Below are positions 50,767 through 60,984 of a stretch of DNA of 64,000 bases, piece after piece. Position 1 is the stretch's first letter, and the number at the start of each line of letters is the position of its first letter. The notes under the pieces were generated by a model. It was given only the letters and a program-made list of their open reading frames with translations. It made no database searches and had not been told where the DNA came from. Origin of the DNA: Vulcanimicrobiota bacterium (GTDB lineage: Bacteria; Vulcanimicrobiota; Vulcanimicrobiia; Vulcanimicrobiales; Vulcanimicrobiaceae); the NCBI GenBank assembly GCA_963812155.1, contig CAWETW010000004.1, forward strand, positions 64,001-128,000, given 5' to 3'. Position numbers and translations under genes: made by a program.

Positions 50767-51674
50767 GCGTTCTTCGACCGCACGGAGCGCCGCGCCGGTT
50801 GCGCGGCAGGCGGATGCAGCCGCGCGAGCAGCAAGTGAAAGTAGAGCATGCCGCGCACCGGTCCGAGCGTTCGAGCACGTCGTCGAGGCGATCTCGCCGC
50901 CGGCAGTGCACGAGGCTGCGGGCGACGCCCGAGTCGCGCATCGGGAAAAACGTCGAGGCGCCCGATACCGCGCAGCAAGGCCACCGGCGCGCTCCACGGA
51001 CCGATTCCGCGAATCGCGCAGAGCGCTTCGGCGGCATCCGGGGTCGGCAGCGCCTCGAGACGGTCTTCGCTCATCGAGCCGTCCGCGAACGCGGTCGCCG
51101 CCGAGCGGAGATGGCCGACTTGTTCGCCGAGAGCCCCGCGCCCGCAGCACCGCTTCGCCGGCGCCGAGCCAGCGCTCGGGTTCGCGGGAAAATGCGCCCG
51201 CGCACGCCGCCGGCCGACGACCTCTTCGGCCAAGCGCTTCGACGAGCCGTCGCATGATCGCGGCCGCCGGCGTGAATCGAGATCTGCTGAAAGACGACCG
51301 CGTGCGCGCAGGCTTCCCAGAGCGGTCGCGTAGCGCGGCGGTTTAGACGCCGTCGAGCGACGTCGCGAGCGTTCGCGCAGCCACGGAATCGTCGCGCTGC
51401 GCTTGCGTACCACTCGCGCAGATCGGCGTCCGTTCCGAGCATGCGCGCCGAACGGACGGCCAGCCAGCGCTCGGCGTTGCGCCCGGTGGCACGGACTTCA
51501 ATGCTGCCGGAGCCGCCGCGCGCGAACGCCGACCAGTGCTGCGCCGTGCTCGTCGCGCAGCGCGCGATAGTACGTGCCGTCGCTCGCCGACGACGTCGAC
51601 CGCATTGGCTGCGAGGCGCCGCAGCGCATCGACCGTGAGATCGAGGCGAAACGGTGCCGGACGGGGAGGCGCAT
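50763..51674 (-). CDS. alkA: AlkA-family DNA-3-methyladenine glycosylase, several frameshifts
   Basis: Fragments PFRLDLTV, LWEACAHAVVFQQIS, GLSANK, IRGIGPWSA, GRLDVFP, GMLYFHLLL; ATG 51674. Confidence 0.75.
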
Positions 51675-51700
51675 CCGCGCGCCGAAGCGGCCGTCTAGCG

Positions 51701-52499
51701 ATGCTCGCGGCATACGTGCAGTATTGGCGCATCAACTTCCTGACGATGCTCGAGTACCGGGCCAACTTCGTCATGTGGTTTCGGCTTTACGATCGTCTAT
51801 CACGGCGTCGCGCTCGCCGCGCTGTACGTGACGATGCGGCAGTTTCCGTCGATGAACGGCTGGGACTTCCGGCAGATGTTCTTCCTGTACGCGCTGTGGA
51901 TGTGCGGCCACGAGCTGCACAACACGCTCTTCTTCACGATCGTCAGCGTTCCCGATTACGTTCGCGAAGGCCGCTTCGACCGTTTCCTCGTGCGCCCGCT
52001 CGACACGCTCTTTCAGGTGCTGACGGTGCCGCAGCAGATCATGCCCGACGGGATCGTGTTGGGGCTCGGCTACGCTCGCCTTCGCCACGGTCGCCGCCGG
52101 CGTGCACGTCGACTGGATTTTCGTGATCTTCGTTCCGCTCATCGTTATCGGCGGCGCGCTGATCGATCTCGGCATCTCGCTGGCCGTCGCGACGATCTCG
52201 TTCTGGTTCGTCCGCGTCGACACGCTGCGCTGGGTCGTGATGTCGCTCGAACAAGACTTCACGCGCTACCCGATCAGCATCTACACGCGCGGCGTGCGCA
52301 TCGTGCTCGCCTTCGTGCTGCCGTTTGCCTTCATGAACTATTTTCCGGCGACGTACTTTCTTGCAAAAAGGCGATACTGGATTGCAGCTCAATCCGCAGG
52401 TCGGCCTGCTGACGCCGGCCATCGGCCTCGGATGGGTTTGTCGTCGCGTACGCGTTCTGGCGCGTCGGCTTGCGCCACTACCAAGGAACCGGCTCGTGA
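51701..52499 (+). CDS. ABC-2 permease 2 (DUF990-like), several frameshifts
   Basis: LEYRANF, FPSMNGW, VREGRFDRFLVRP, RYPISIY, LPFAFMNYFPA, terminal YQGTGS*. Confidence 0.8.
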
Positions 52500-53431
52500 A
52501 GCGCGCGCTCTTTCTCGGCGGCGCTGCCGCGGTCTGTTCTTTGGCCGAAAGGCGGATCTGCTTCGACCCTGCAGTCGGCCGTCGCAATCGCCGCCGCGCA
52601 CTCTCCCCGGGACGATCGGCGTCTGTGCGCGCACGCTCGACGCGCCGCCCGCTCGTCGCAGTACCGCGCATCCGACGTCTTTCCGACCGCCTCGACCATC
52701 AAAGTGCTTGATCATGGCAACGGCCTTTGCGATGGACGAAGCAGACGGCCGGCATCGCTCGACACGCAGCTCACGTCTTCGACACGTCGAGCGACTTGAT
52801 CGGCGGATCCGATTTCATGACCGAACAACCCGACGGCGCGACGTTTTACGGTGCGCCAGCTCATCGTCCCGATGATTCAACTGAGCGACAACACCGCCGC
52901 CAACATGCTCATCGGCTATCTCGGGCGTCGAGCGCAATCAACGACGTCGGCGGCCAAGCGCGGGCATGAAGCACACGCACCTCGCGCGCAAGTTCCTCGA
53001 TACGGGCGCCGTCGATCCACCATCACGACAACGTTACGACGCCCGCCGACATGGCGCGCTGCTCTACGTCATCGAATACGGCGCGCACGAAGGCGTCCCG
53101 ACGATCGCCTCGGCCGAGCATTGCCGCACGATGGTCGACGATCATGCTCGGCCAAACCGATCGCGCGAAAATCCCGGCCGCGCTGCCGGCCGGCATGCCG
53201 ATCGCAAACAAAACCGGCGAAATCACCGGAACGCGCAACGACGTCGCCATCGTGGACCCGTTCGGCGATGCGCCGCTCGTTCTGGCGATTCTCACCAAAG
53301 ACGCGACCGACTACGCCGCTTCGAACGCAGCGATCCACGCGGTCGCCCGCGCCGTTTACGCCTCGGCTTTGGATTCGACGGTCAGCGTGCGCATCGCGTC
53401 GCCGCGCTGGATGGCGTCGAGGGCTTCGTAG
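52496..53431 (+). CDS. Class A beta-lactamase-like serine hydrolase, several frameshifts
   Basis: FPTASTIK (SxxK), SDNTAAN and NKTG in different frames; 3' end uncertain because it overlaps the convergent cyclophilin. Confidence 0.75.
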
Positions 53432-53853
53432 CCGTCGGTCATCCCGCCGAAGACGGTGTACTGGTTGTCGAGAAAACGCGCGTCGGCGAGGCAGATGTAG
53501 AACTGCGAGCCGGCGCAGTCAGGGTTCGACGAGCGCGCCATCGCGAGCGTGCCGCGCAGGTGCGGGCGCGCGTTGAACTCGGCCTTGAGGCGATAGCCCG
53601 GGCCGCCGGTGCCGTCGCCGTCGGGGTCGCCGCCCTGAATGACGAAACCCGGCTCGACGCGGTGGAACGCCAGGCCGTCGTAAAAGCCGGCTTTCACGAG
53701 CTTGATGAATGCCGCGGCATGCATCGGCGCATCGTCGGGAAAGAGTTCGACGACGATGTCGCCCTTATCGGTGGCGATGCGCACCTGCGAGGTGCGCGCT
53801 TCGTCCGCGTATGCGTCGAGTTCGTCGGGCTGGGGCGGCGTGTGGGACGGCAT
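53356..53853 (-). CDS. Cyclophilin-type peptidyl-prolyl isomerase
   Basis: FHRVEPGFVIQGGDP, GTLAMAR, GSQFYI, YTVFG. Confidence 0.93.
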   Translation of the reverse strand: MPSHTPPQPDELDAYADEARTSQVRIATDKGDIVVELFPDDAPMHAAAFIKLVKAGFYDGLAFHRVEPGFVIQGGDPDGDGTGGPGYRLKAEFNARPHLRGTLAMARSSNPDCAGSQFYICLADARFLDNQYTVFGGMTDGYEALDAIQRGDAMRTLTVESKAEA

Positions 53854-53887
53854 GCGTAAGGTTTCCTCCGGGGCGGTGGGTTCTAGG

Positions 53888-54209
53888 TCACCGGTGGCTT
53901 GTGCAAGCGGCATCCGAAAGCCTCGTCGCCGTCGAGGAGCGCAATCTTCGCCTCGCGCGCAACTGTTTGAATCGGGCCTCCTGCGAGCGGGCCGCGTCGT
54001 ACGATGCGGCATGCCACCACGCGACGAGCGCAACCGGAAGGCGACCGCGCGTGTACTTCGCTGCGACGCCGCGACGATGGGCTTTGACGCGCCTGGCAAG
54101 ATCGATCGTCGCGCCGGCGTAGAGCGAACCGTCCGCGCAGCGAGCACGTAAACGCACGGTTGCAGCCGGGGCCAGCGCGAGGCACTCGGCATCGCTGCGT
54201 ACAACTCAA
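53888..54209 (-). CDS. GIY-YIG nuclease (YhbQ-like), frameshifted
   Basis: CVYVL then CADGSLYAGATIDLARRVKAH..AKYTRGRLPV..EARFK. Confidence 0.75.
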
Positions 54210-54215
54210 ACGGCA

Positions 54216-55573
54216 ATGGCATTCGGACCCCTTCGCTTCGCCGGCTTCGCAATGCTCGCAGCCTTACTCTTGGGTGCTGCCGCCGCAGACGACGCCCTCG
54301 CCCCGGTGACCCCGGATGCACGCGTCGCCGCAATGGTCGGAGCGGTGAGCGCCGAGCGTCTCAAGGCGACCGACGATCGCCTAGTCGGCTTTGGAACGCG
54401 CAACGATTTTTCGGAGAACACGTCGACGTCGACGCACGGCGTCTTCGGCGCGCGCGACTGGATCGCGTCGCAGTTCCAAGCCATCGCCGCCACGACGGGC
54501 GGGCGTATGACGGTCGCACTCGACACGTACCTTCAGCCGAAGACGGCTCGGACGCCGCGCTCGGTTCGGGAATCGAGCGTCATTGCGACGCTGCGCGGGG
54601 ACGAACCCGGCCGCATCTACGTCATGTCGAGCCATTTCGACGATTGCGACGGACATTGTACCGACGGCCTCGGGGTCGCCCCGGGCGCCGACGACAACGG
54701 TTCGGCGGTTTCGGCCGTGCTCGAAGCGGCGCGCGTGATGGCGCAACGCCTTTCCGCGGGACGATCGTCTTTGCATGCTTCGACGGCGAGGAACTCGGCC
54801 TGTGGGGGTCGGACCACTTCGCCCGCGAGGAAGCAGCACGCCACGCTCCGATTCTCGCGGTGCTCAACAACGACATCATCGGCAACTCGACCGGCGGCGA
54901 CGGTGTGAGCGAACCGAACGTCGTTCGGGTGTTCAGCCAGGGCTTGCCCGCCGGCGCCTCGCTCGAACGCGTCAACCTCGTGGGTTCGGAAAACGATTCT
55001 CCGTCGCGCGAACTTTCGCGCTTCGTGGCGTCGGTCGTGCCGGCGTACGTCGCGGATTTCAGCGTGCGCCAGATCTTCCGCGCGGACCGCTTTCTGCGCG
55101 GCGGCGACCAGGAGTCGTTCCAGGATGCGGGCTATGCGGCGGCGATCCGCTTCGTCGAACCGCACGAAAACTTTACGCATCAACACCAAGACGTTCGGGT
55201 CGAGAACGGCGTGCAGTTCGGCGATCTGCCGCAATACATCGACGCCGCCTATCTTGCGCGCGCGACGCAAGCCAACGTCGCGTCGCTCGCCACGCTCGCG
55301 CTCGGCCCGGCACCTCCCGGAAAAGTCGAACTCGTGACCAAGCACCTTGGGTACGATTCGACGTTGCGCTGGAAGCCGGCGGCCAACGCGGCTTCGTACG
55401 AAATCGTTTGGCGCACCACCGACGCTCCGCAGTGGCAGCACGCGCGCGACGTCGGCAGCGGCACGCTGGCCACGGTCCCAGTCTCCAAAGACGACTACGT
55501 GCTCGGCGTACGCAGCGTCGACGCAAACGGCCTGCGCAGCCCGGCCGTGTATCCGGCCCCCGTGCGTGAATGA
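54216..55573 (+). CDS. M28 family metallopeptidase, frameshift near 54750
   Basis: Signal peptide; SHFD, GADDNGS, GEELGLWGS, NNDI, RGGDQ, HQH. Confidence 0.85.
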
Positions 55574-55591
55574 TGCCCGCGTCAATGCGAT

Positions 55592-56428
55592 ATGACGGCA
55601 GCGCAGCCTCCTGACGCGTACGCCGTCTTTCAACGCGTTCGCTCCGCCGTTTCGAGCGCCGCGTATCCGGGCCGGCTCGATTATACGGTAGCCGTCAGCG
55701 GCTTCGACGGGGATCGCTTTCGCGAAAATCACTATCGCGCGAGTTACGATGCGAGCGATGGTGCGATTCGCGAATTTCCAATCAGCGCCGAGGAACTTGC
55801 ATCGCCATCGGCGCCACACGGCGTGAACGTACGATTCGTCGTCGGACTTTACGGCTTTGCATACGTCATTCCGCTGGGACCGCCGCCACCCTCTGCCGAC
55901 GTCATCGGCGTTCCGCTTCTTACGCCGACGTACGCGTTTGGGTTGCAACTTTCGCAGCCGGCTTGGGTGCATACGCAAGACCGAATGGCGACCGGCCTCA
56001 AAACGATTGCCGTGGTGTCGACAAATGCGCGCGACTATTCCGTTGCAATGATCGACGCGCCGCTCCTCGATGGAGCGCCGACCTATCACTTGCAGTTGAC
56101 GCCGTTGCGCAAACCAAAAGTGAATCGATTGCGGGAGCTATGGGTAGGCGAGGACGACTACCTTCCGCGCCGGGCCATCGTTGGCGGCAACTTCACCACG
56201 GCGCCGCTCACGGACGTCCCGTGGACGGTTTCGTTTTCGCTCTTCGACGGGACGCCCGTCATTGCGAGTGAGAAAGCCGATGCCACCCTCTACCTTTCGC
56301 ACCGCCGCGTCGTGCGCGATGCCACGATCGCTTTTCAGGGCTTTCGCGAACCAAATGGTTCGCCCGTGGGCGAGCCGATCGTGCAGCCCCAGGTCGACGA
56401 CGATTCCCTGCTCGAGCCGGCGCCCTAG
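55592..56428 (+). CDS. Hypothetical protein (beta-rich, probably envelope)
   Basis: 278-aa ORF filling the gap; LKTIAVV and YHLQLTP..NRLRELWV segments. Confidence 0.7.
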   Translation: MTAAQPPDAYAVFQRVRSAVSSAAYPGRLDYTVAVSGFDGDRFRENHYRASYDASDGAIREFPISAEELASPSAPHGVNVRFVVGLYGFAYVIPLGPPPPSADVIGVPLLTPTYAFGLQLSQPAWVHTQDRMATGLKTIAVVSTNARDYSVAMIDAPLLDGAPTYHLQLTPLRKPKVNRLRELWVGEDDYLPRRAIVGGNFTTAPLTDVPWTVSFSLFDGTPVIASEKADATLYLSHRRVVRDATIAFQGFREPNGSPVGEPIVQPQVDDDSLLEPAP

Positions 56429-56467
56429 CGCGGTCACATAAGGCGTCGCACAAACGTTGCCCCCGGT

Positions 56468-57208
56468 ATGAAAACGGCGTCGTTCGGGCGGATCGTTTTC
56501 GGCGCGTCGGCGGTCTTGTTCGGCGTCATCTGCCTCATGTGGCACGACGCCGACACGTGGCAGTATCTGAGTAGACTCTGGAAGCTGCCCTTAGGCACCA
56601 CAATCGGCGGCTGCCTTATGGTCGCGCAAATCGTCGGCGGGCTCTTCCTGGCTTATCCGCGCAGCGCGCGGATCGCTTCGATTATTCTAGGGATCGTCTA
56701 CGTCTTGTTTTCTCTGCTCGGCATTCCGCCGATCGTCGCCGCGCCGCGCGTCGCCGGAGAGTATTTTGGTTTCTTCGAGCAGTTCTGCCTCTTGTGCGGA
56801 GCGATTGCGGTATGCGCCTCTACCGAGACGAGCGCAACCAGAGCGACGGCCTTCGGACGGATTGCGCGCATCGGCCTTGGGCTCTCCGCCGTCTGGTTCA
56901 TGCTTGGGCAGGCACTTTTTCTGGCGCAGACCGCTAGCCTCGTGCCGGCGTGGATGCCGCCGAATCAGATGTTCTGGGCGGTTCTTACGACCGTCGCGTT
57001 CGGGCTCGCCGCGATTGCGCTGCTCGCGAATATTCAGGCGCGCCTTGCGACGCGCCTAATGACGGCGATGCTCGTAATTTTTGGCGTAATCGTCTGGATC
57101 CCGCTCTTAATCGCTCATCCCGCAGCGCACGGCAACTGGTCGGAGTTTGCGTTGACGGCGTTGATCGCCGGGGCTTCGTGGACGGTCGCCGAGTTGCGGA
57201 GCCTTTGA
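56468..57208 (+). CDS. DoxX-like multi-pass membrane protein
   Basis: About 7-8 TM segments; SLVPAWMPP..FWAVLT. Confidence 0.7.
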   Translation: MKTASFGRIVFGASAVLFGVICLMWHDADTWQYLSRLWKLPLGTTIGGCLMVAQIVGGLFLAYPRSARIASIILGIVYVLFSLLGIPPIVAAPRVAGEYFGFFEQFCLLCGAIAVCASTETSATRATAFGRIARIGLGLSAVWFMLGQALFLAQTASLVPAWMPPNQMFWAVLTTVAFGLAAIALLANIQARLATRLMTAMLVIFGVIVWIPLLIAHPAAHGNWSEFALTALIAGASWTVAELRSL

Positions 57209-57214
57209 TCGGCT

Positions 57215-58363
57215 TTACTTGACGAACGGAACGTTGTGGGGCGTAACGATCTTCGCGATGTCGCGAAAGATGGCGTTGGCGACTCCCGGAAACGGCCGCT
57301 CGACCTGGCTGTTCACGAAAATGACGAGCGTGATACCCGTCGCCGGCATGTAGTAGGCGCCGGTGTTGTAACCCGTGATGCCGCCGGTGTAGCCGTACCA
57401 GCCGGCCGAACAGCCGATGCCCAAACCGAACGAGAGATTTCCCGTGCCGGTGGGCAAACAGCTGAGGCGAGCCTTCTGCGATGACGCGCTATTGGTCGTG
57501 CCGGTCACGTAGGCTTTTACCCATTTTTTCATGTCGCTCATGTCTGAAATCATCGCGCCGGCCGCCCACGAGACCGAGGGCGCGAGCACGGACGATTCAT
57601 CCATCCACGCCTTCTTGTCGCTCGAGTTGATAGCCGTGCGCGTACGGCACCGGCATGTTGCGATCGGTCATCGGAAACGATGTCTGCGTCAATCGCATCG
57701 GCGCAAGAATGCCGGCTTTCGATCTGGTGCGCAACGGTGTCGTGCGTGACGTTTTCGATGATGAGACCGAGGATGAACCAGTTGGTGTTGCTGTAGTTAT
57801 ATTTCGTTCCCGGCGCAAACAGCGGCGGCTGCGTGCCGGCGAAATTCACCCACTGTTTCGGGCTCCGGCTTGCCCAAACCGATTCCTTCTCTTTTTGAAC
57901 TCCGGGCACCGCATACATGTCGATGATGCCGCTGCGCATCTCCGCGAGCTCGCGTACCGTAATCGTATTGGCGTTCGGAACGGTTACGCCGAGACCGAAG
58001 TGCGCGATGGTATCGTCGAGCGCGAGTTTCTTTTCGTCGACGAGTTGCAGGAGCACGGTCGCGACGAACGTTTTCGTATTACTGCCGATGCGGAAGTGAT
58101 CGGTCGTCGCCATTGCAACTCGCGGTGCGAGATTTGCATAGCCAAACGCTTTGACGAACTCGCCCTTGCCGGGAACCCAAACGCCGACGACGGCCCCGGG
58201 AATCGGCGTAGAGCCTCCATACGCGGCCAGTTCTTTGCCGACGGCCGCCGAGATGGCGTTTCGCAACGCCGCTGGGAAGTTGCGCACCCGCAGCCGCGCC
58301 GCGGACGGAGAGAAACGGCAACGCCGCCGTCAGCACGATGAGCGTTCGCCAAACGTTATTCAT
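57215..58363 (-). CDS. Secreted serine hydrolase (D-Ala-D-Ala carboxypeptidase/class C fold), several frameshifts
   Basis: Signal (ORF 58079..58363), FRIGSNTKTF, YSNTN, YGYTGGITGY. Confidence 0.8.
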
Positions 58364-58496
58364 TAGTGATGCCGTTCGGCGCTCGCCCGCTTTGCTCCGC
58401 CGCGCCGCCCTTCGATCCGAGCGAGCGTGCGCTCTTCAGAGTTTCTTCAGAGCGCGGCGATACCGTCGAAGCAATCACGAGAGGAGGGTCTCGCCT

Positions 58497-58772
58497 ATGA
58501 GTAGCTCAGCCACGCGCCGGACGTTTCTGGCCGGCGCCGTCGTGCTTCCGGCGCTCGCCGGTTTGGCGTCGATTATGCCCGCGCGAGCCGACGCGTCGAA
58601 GAGTTCGCAGGCATCGATGCACTATCAAACGACGCCCAACGACGGAAAACAGTGTTCGGGCTGCAATTTTTTCATTCCCGGAAGCAGTGCGTCGGCCAGC
58701 GGCTCGTGCAAGATCGTCGACGGTTCGATATCGCCAAGCGGGTACTGTATCGCGTATAGTGCAAAATCGTAA
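58497..58772 (+). CDS. High-potential iron-sulfur protein (HiPIP/Iro-like), Tat-exported
   Basis: SD GAGGAGG; TRRTFL Tat motif; HYQ..P, C-x2-C-x14-C-x12-C, ISPSGYC. Confidence 0.88.
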   Translation: MSSSATRRTFLAGAVVLPALAGLASIMPARADASKSSQASMHYQTTPNDGKQCSGCNFFIPGSSASASGSCKIVDGSISPSGYCIAYSAKS

Positions 58773-58952
58773 GTCCGGGGCGTTGAGTCGCTGAGGAACC
58801 TTCAACAGCGCGACGCGCTCGCGCTGCTCGTCGAAGCGCGAGCGCACGATGCGAATCGGCTCCCGGCCGGCGCAGATGCCGGCGGCATACCGCCGACTGC
58901 CATTGGATCGCGGCTGCCTTTCGCCGGATCGAGTTTCAGGGGCCGGGAGGCG

Positions 58953-60971
58953 GTGTTGCGCGAGGTTGTCTCGCTCGCGCACGCGCACCGTCTCGTGACG
59001 ATCGCCGGGGCCGCCGGAGCCGGCAAAACGCAGACGGCACTGCAAAGCGCCGTCTTTCTGCGAGAGGCGGACGCGTGGGACGTGCGCTACGCCGGCTTGG
59101 CTGCGATTGGCGATAGCGCGCTCGTACCGGCCGCCATTGCCTCTGCAGCCGGATTGAACGACGTACCACATGCTCCGTTCGGTGACGCGCTGATCGCCTT
59201 CGTTAACGGAAAAAAGCTTCTGCTGGTGGTCGACGATTGCGAGGGCATCGCGTCCGGCGTCGCGGCGTTCTTGAGCGCCATCCTCGCCGGCACAACCGAA
59301 GTGCGCGTGATCGCGGCCTGCCGCGAGCCTTTGGGCATCCCCGGCGAGCAGGTCTATCGCTTACCGCCCCTCTCGCACGGGCAAGCCTGCGCGCTTTTCA
59401 CGGAGCGCAGCGCGTCTTTCGATCGCGCATTCGATCCTACCGGCAAAACGGCGGCGATCGCCGGCATCTGCCGCCGGCTCGACGGCATTGCGGGAGCGAT
59501 CGAGTTAGCCGCCGCGCGCGCCGACACGCTGACGCTCGAAACCATCGAACAGAGCCTCGAAGAACCGTTTTCGCGCGCCGCGACGTCCGCGCCGAGACCG
59601 GAAACGATGCGCGTTGCGTTGGAGTGGAGTTATGCCCTGCTCAACGATCTCGAACGCACGCTCTTCCGGCGGCTCGGCGTTTTCGCGGGATCCTTTGATC
59701 TCGAGGCCGTCGAGCGGATCTGCGCCGGCGGCATCGACGCGCTCGCTCTGCGCGGCGCGCTTTCGGTTCTCGCGCACATGGGGCTCGTGTACGGCGAGCC
59801 GTCAACGGAGCGCTATCGCCTTCTTCAACCGGCGCGTGAGTTCGCCGCGCAACGATTGAGCGAATCGGGCGAACGAGAACTCCGCGCGGCCGCTTGGGCG
59901 CGTTATTTCTGCGACCGGGCGATCGCCGCGCGGCGTCGCTACGAAGTGGGACGGACGAAGGAGTCGACGGCCACATTCGTTGCCGATCTCGACAACTATC
60001 GCGCCGTACTGCACTGGACACTCCTCGAGAGTAATGACGTCGCCGCCGGCGCCGCGCTTGCATCGGCCCTGGCGCCGTACTGGACGCAGATCCGTGCTGG
60101 CGCCGAAGGCGCGGTGTGGATAGATCGCGCGCTGGCGCTGGTCGACGAATCGGCAAAGCCCGCCCTCGCGGCTCGTCTTTGGAATGCTCGGGGGTGGCTC
60201 GCCGGCGCGGATGCGCGCCATGAGATCGGACGTCGCGCCTTATCGCTTGCCGAAACGGCCGGCGACGCAGAATCTGCGGCGTGGGCGCTGACGTTCGTCG
60301 CCGGCGGCCTTCAGCGCGCGGGGCACAGCGGCGAGGCCCTGCAAACGTACTCGCGTGCGCTCGAAGTGATGCGCGCACGCGCCAACGCACGCGGCATCGC
60401 CACGGTGCTCGCCGGCGAGGCGGCAGTCTACCGGGAACGCGAAGACCACGACGAAGCCCGCGCACGACTCGCCGAAGCGCTGCGCGAATTGCAGGCCCTC
60501 GGCGACGATTGCGGCCCGGTGGCAGCCGAACTCGCGGAGCTCGAGTTCGCCTGCGGAAACCCCAAGCGCGCGCTCGAGTTGACGAAGGAAACGCCCGACG
60601 GCGACCGCGTTCGCAGGTGCGCGTACCGCTTGGCGCTCGGCCAGCTCGAATTCGCGCGCGCCGACGCGCGCAAAGCGCTGCAAAGCGCGTTACACGCGCG
60701 CGACGATCTGACGATCGCCGTCGTCTTGCAGCATTTCGCACTGGTAGAAGCGCTCGCGGGAGAAATGCGAACCGCCGCACGGCTCCGCGGATACGTCGAT
60801 GCGCGCTACGGCGATCTCCGCTACCGACGCGGCCTCACCGAGGAATGGAGTTACCAGCACCTCATCGAGGCGCTGCAAAGCCGGCTGAGCGTCTCCGAGA
60901 TCGTCGCGCTCGCCGCACAAGGCGCGGCGTGGAGCGAGCGTCGCGCAATTCTCGAGGCGACGCGCGCGTAA
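58953..60971 (+). CDS. STAND-like ATPase with TPR-like repeats and no HTH; real start probably upstream
   Basis: GAAGAGKT, LLVVDDCE, CREPL, ICRRLDGI, IELAAA, WSYALL, LGVFAGSF. Confidence 0.82.
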   Translation: MLREVVSLAHAHRLVTIAGAAGAGKTQTALQSAVFLREADAWDVRYAGLAAIGDSALVPAAIASAAGLNDVPHAPFGDALIAFVNGKKLLLVVDDCEGIASGVAAFLSAILAGTTEVRVIAACREPLGIPGEQVYRLPPLSHGQACALFTERSASFDRAFDPTGKTAAIAGICRRLDGIAGAIELAAARADTLTLETIEQSLEEPFSRAATSAPRPETMRVALEWSYALLNDLERTLFRRLGVFAGSFDLEAVERICAGGIDALALRGALSVLAHMGLVYGEPSTERYRLLQPAREFAAQRLSESGERELRAAAWARYFCDRAIAARRRYEVGRTKESTATFVADLDNYRAVLHWTLLESNDVAAGAALASALAPYWTQIRAGAEGAVWIDRALALVDESAKPALAARLWNARGWLAGADARHEIGRRALSLAETAGDAESAAWALTFVAGGLQRAGHSGEALQTYSRALEVMRARANARGIATVLAGEAAVYREREDHDEARARLAEALRELQALGDDCGPVAAELAELEFACGNPKRALELTKETPDGDRVRRCAYRLALGQLEFARADARKALQSALHARDDLTIAVVLQHFALVEALAGEMRTAARLRGYVDARYGDLRYRRGLTEEWSYQHLIEALQSRLSVSEIVALAAQGAAWSERRAILEATRA

Positions 60972-60984
60972 AGCGCAATCCTGA

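Noticed and set aside
52496..58363. Beta-lactamase-like genes as an antibiotic-resistance island
   Set aside because: Only fold-level motifs are visible, such hydrolases are common chromosomal genes, and there is no mobile context.
2085..58400. Programmed frameshifting or phase variation as the cause of split genes
   Set aside because: The sites share no slippery heptamer or long homopolymer, and several genes have multiple indels; sequencing error is the simpler explanation.
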